In this document: in pieces, positions 61,956 through 64,000 of the stretch
Layout: each line of letters opens with the position of its first letter
How positions within the stretch are numbered: position 1 is the stretch's first letter
Source: an uncultured Pseudomonadota bacterium
Lineage (GTDB): Bacteria > Pseudomonadota > Alphaproteobacteria > Rhizobiales > Xanthobacteraceae
DNA: 64,000 bases
Direction of reading: 5' to 3'
Assembly (NCBI GenBank): GCA_963805535.1
Contig: CAWDUV010000005.1
Span: forward strand, 67,414-131,413
Program-made: the position numbers and the translations under genes
Notes under the pieces: generated by a model
What the model saw: only the letters and a program-made list of their open reading frames with translations
Databases searched by the model: none
Told to the model about the DNA's origin: nothing

Positions 61956-63146
61956 TCAGCGCGCCGCCGCTTGCGCCACGCGCTCGCCATCCGCCGGCAG
62001 CTTTTCGCTGGCCGCCGCGGCTTGCCGAATGAAGCCGCCGCCAAGCACGCGCGCCTGGCCGCTTCCGGCGTCGTAGAACACGCAGGCCTGCCCCGGCGAG
62101 ACGCCGTCCTCGCCGGCGGCGAGTTCCACCTCGACCGCGTCGCCGGCGGTGCGCAGCCAGCCCGGCTGCGGGGCCCTCGTCGAGCGCACCTTGACGAAGA
62201 CCTCGCGGCGGTCGTCGGCGAGCGCCTCGGCGAGCGAGCCGTCGCCGATCCAGTTGACGTCGCGCAGGCGGATGCGGCGCATGCGCAGCGCATCGCGCGG
62301 GCCGACCACCACCTGGCGGCGGTCGGCGTCGAGCCGCACCACGTAGAGCGGCTTGCCGGTCGCCAGCCCCAAGCCGCGGCGCTGGCCGACGGTGAAGTGG
62401 ATGATGCCGTTATGCGCGCCCAGCACCTTGCCGTCGAGATCGACGATGGCGCCCTGCTCGGCGGCGCCCGGCTTGAGGCGTTCGATCACCTCGGCATAGT
62501 GGCCGGCCGGCACGAAGCAGATGTCCTGGCTGTCGTGCTTGTCGGCGACCGGGAGCCCGAAGCGGTGGGCGAGCGCGCGCGTCTCGGCCTTCGTGCGCTC
62601 GCCGAGCGGAAAGCGCAGGAAATCGAGCTGCGCGCGCGTGGTGCCGAAGAGGAAATAGCTCTGGTCGCGCTCTTCCTCGCGCGCGCGGTAAAGCCCACGC
62701 CCGCCCGCGGGCAGCCGGCGCGCGGCGACGTAATGGCCGGTCGCCAGCGCTTGCGCGCCCAATTCGCGCGCGGTGATCAAGAGATCCTGAAACTTGATCA
62801 GCATGTTGCAGTCGACGCAAGGCACTGGCGTCTCGCCGTGGATATAGCTCTCGGCGAAACGGTCGATCACCTCCGCCTTGAAGCGGCTCTCATAGTCGAG
62901 CACGTAATGCGGGATGCCGATGCTTTCGGCCACGCGGCGCGCGTCGTAAATGTCTTGCCCCGCGCAGCAGGCGCCTTTGCGGTGGGTGGCCTCGCCGTGG
63001 TCGTAGAGCTGCAGCGTCACGCCCACCACGTCGTAGCCTTCCGCCTTCAGCAGCGCAGCCGTCACCGACGAATCGACGCCACCGGACATGGCGACGACGA
63101 CGCGGGTGTCTTGCGGGCGGCGGTCGAGGTCGAGGCTGTTGGGCAT
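61956..63146 (-). CDS. mnmA: tRNA 2-thiouridine(34) synthase MnmA
   Basis: Start MPNSLDLD (ATG 63146). The PP-loop is [12 protein letters not shown], plus ...[16 protein letters not shown]...CVDCN...DQSYFL...DSQDICF.... Confidence 0.9.
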   Translation of the reverse strand: MPNSLDLDRRPQDTRVVVAMSGGVDSSVTAALLKAEGYDVVGVTLQLYDHGEATHRKGACCAGQDIYDARRVAESIGIPHYVLDYESRFKAEVIDRFAESYIHGETPVPCVDCNMLIKFQDLLITARELGAQALATGHYVAARRLPAGGRGLYRAREEERDQSYFLFGTTRAQLDFLRFPLGERTKAETRALAHRFGLPVADKHDSQDICFVPAGHYAEVIERLKPGAAEQGAIVDLDGKVLGAHNGIIHFTVGQRRGLGLATGKPLYVVRLDADRRQVVVGPRDALRMRRIRLRDVNWIGDGSLAEALADDRREVFVKVRSTRAPQPGWLRTAGDAVEVELAAGEDGVSPGQACVFYDAGSGQARVLGGGFIRQAAAASEKLPADGERVAQAAAR

Positions 63147-63384
63147 GGTTCTTCTTACTATAGGTGGCGATCGAGGACACACAATGCAGGGGGTTTTTCG
63201 GAAACATTATGCGTGGTGGCCGGACGGGCAAAACTTGCCGGCCGGCCAGCAGGCGCTGCCGGGAGCGGCGCCCGGCCGGTGCCGGGCGTTCCGTTTAAGT
63301 ATCTGATATTACGTAAGAATATATGGCGACGCGAATGGCCTGCCGCTTGCAGACCGAAACGGCGGATAGCCGGAGGTCCCTGCC

Positions 63385-64000
63385 TTGCCGTCAGTTGCGT
63401 CGGAAGCCCCTGTCCTGAAGCCCGCCGCCGCGCCCGCGCAGCGCAGTGCACCCGCGCCCGCTGCGCCCTCACCCTTTGCCAGCCTCTTGGACGACGGGGC
63501 GCAAACCGCCCCGCCCGCCCCAGCCGCCGCGCCCGCCCCGCCCGCCGCAGCCGCCCCGCGCACCGAGGCGGAACAGCCGCCCAAGGCGGAGCGGACCGCC
63601 GCCCCGGCCAAGACGGATCCCGCTGCCAAGAGCGGCAAGTTGGCCGGCAAGATCGGCGGCAAGACCGGCGACAAGACAAGCGGCAAGACCGCCCGCAAAG
63701 CGGCCAAGGCCACGCAGACCGACGCCAAAGCGGGCGATACTTCGAAGACCGCCGGCAGCGACGGCAAGCCGGAAACTCAAACCGCGGGCGACGATCCGAA
63801 CGGCGACGCCACCGCCGCCGCCGCCCCCGCCGCCGGCAAGGCTAAAACCGGCGCCAAGGCCGCGACGCGCGCCGCCAGCGAAACCGGCATCGAACCGACA
63901 AGCAAAGACGGCAAGGACAAGCCGGACGATGCGCAGAGCGCGGACGGCGCCACGGCGGCCGCTGCGGCGCCATCGCCCGCAACCGGCAGCAACGCGGTGG
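63385..64000 (+). CDS. 5' part of an Ala/Pro/Lys-rich low-complexity protein that continues beyond the window (possibly FliK-like; weak)
   Basis: GGAGG (63372-76) lies 8 nt upstream of TTG 63385. The frame is open to the window end: (M)PSVASEAPVLKPAAAPAQRSAPAPAAPSPFASLLDDGAQTAPPAPAAAP...KSGKLAGKIGGKTGDKTSGKTARKAAKA.... It is not in the ORF track because it has no stop within the window. Confidence 0.35.
   Translation, partial: MPSVASEAPVLKPAAAPAQRSAPAPAAPSPFASLLDDGAQTAPPAPAAAPAPPAAAAPRTEAEQPPKAERTAAPAKTDPAAKSGKLAGKIGGKTGDKTSGKTARKAAKATQTDAKAGDTSKTAGSDGKPETQTAGDDPNGDATAAAAPAAGKAKTGAKAATRAASETGIEPTSKDGKDKPDDAQSADGATAAAAAPSPATGSNAV

Overview
This is a visibly GC-rich chromosomal segment; I estimate the GC content in the mid-60s %, but did not compute it. 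Gene content, synteny and palindromic REP/MITE families look like a Rhizobiales (Bradyrhizobiaceae-like) alphaproteobacterium. The synteny markers are liv ABC operon/MarR, ureEFG, petABC-trmL-hemF, cca-nudL-DUF1285 next to MoxR-DUF58, and MbfA. I support about 70 protein-coding genes, one tRNA-Met(CAU), two toxin-antitoxin remnants, about 16 REP-type palindromic repeat copies and a few regulatory sites. I saw no rRNA, CRISPR array, transposase, integrase or phage genes. The window is mostly housekeeping plus a 12-kb mosaic of oxidoreductase and hydrolase genes (gentisate dioxygenase, HpaB-like monooxygenase, TauD, OYE, haloalkane dehalogenase, FAH), followed by an ergothioneine egtBD pair. Observations worth a second look: (1) A three-gene operon at 35.1-36.3 kb encodes secreted or membrane-anchored proteins made almost entirely of Gly-Met-Tyr-Pro repeats. 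It ends in a SHOCT-domain membrane protein and sits beside a Crp/Fnr regulator and a QW-motif alpha/alpha-toroid protein. (2) A 750-bp non-coding, heavily palindromic gap lies at 34.3-35.1 kb. (3) A conserved but uncharacterised MoxR-DUF58-BatA_N/DUF4159-membrane protein module lies at 25.5-32.4 kb. (4) REP elements are fused to coding ends (ureF 5' end, hpaB-like 3' end). (5) At least nine genes, including essential cytochrome c1, need a single-base correction, mostly in short homopolymers. This most likely reflects sequencing or assembly error and limits all ORF-level inference here. All homology calls are from reading the translated ORFs and motif memory; no searches were run. Start coordinates are ORF-track arithmetic plus visual checks of start codons and RBS.
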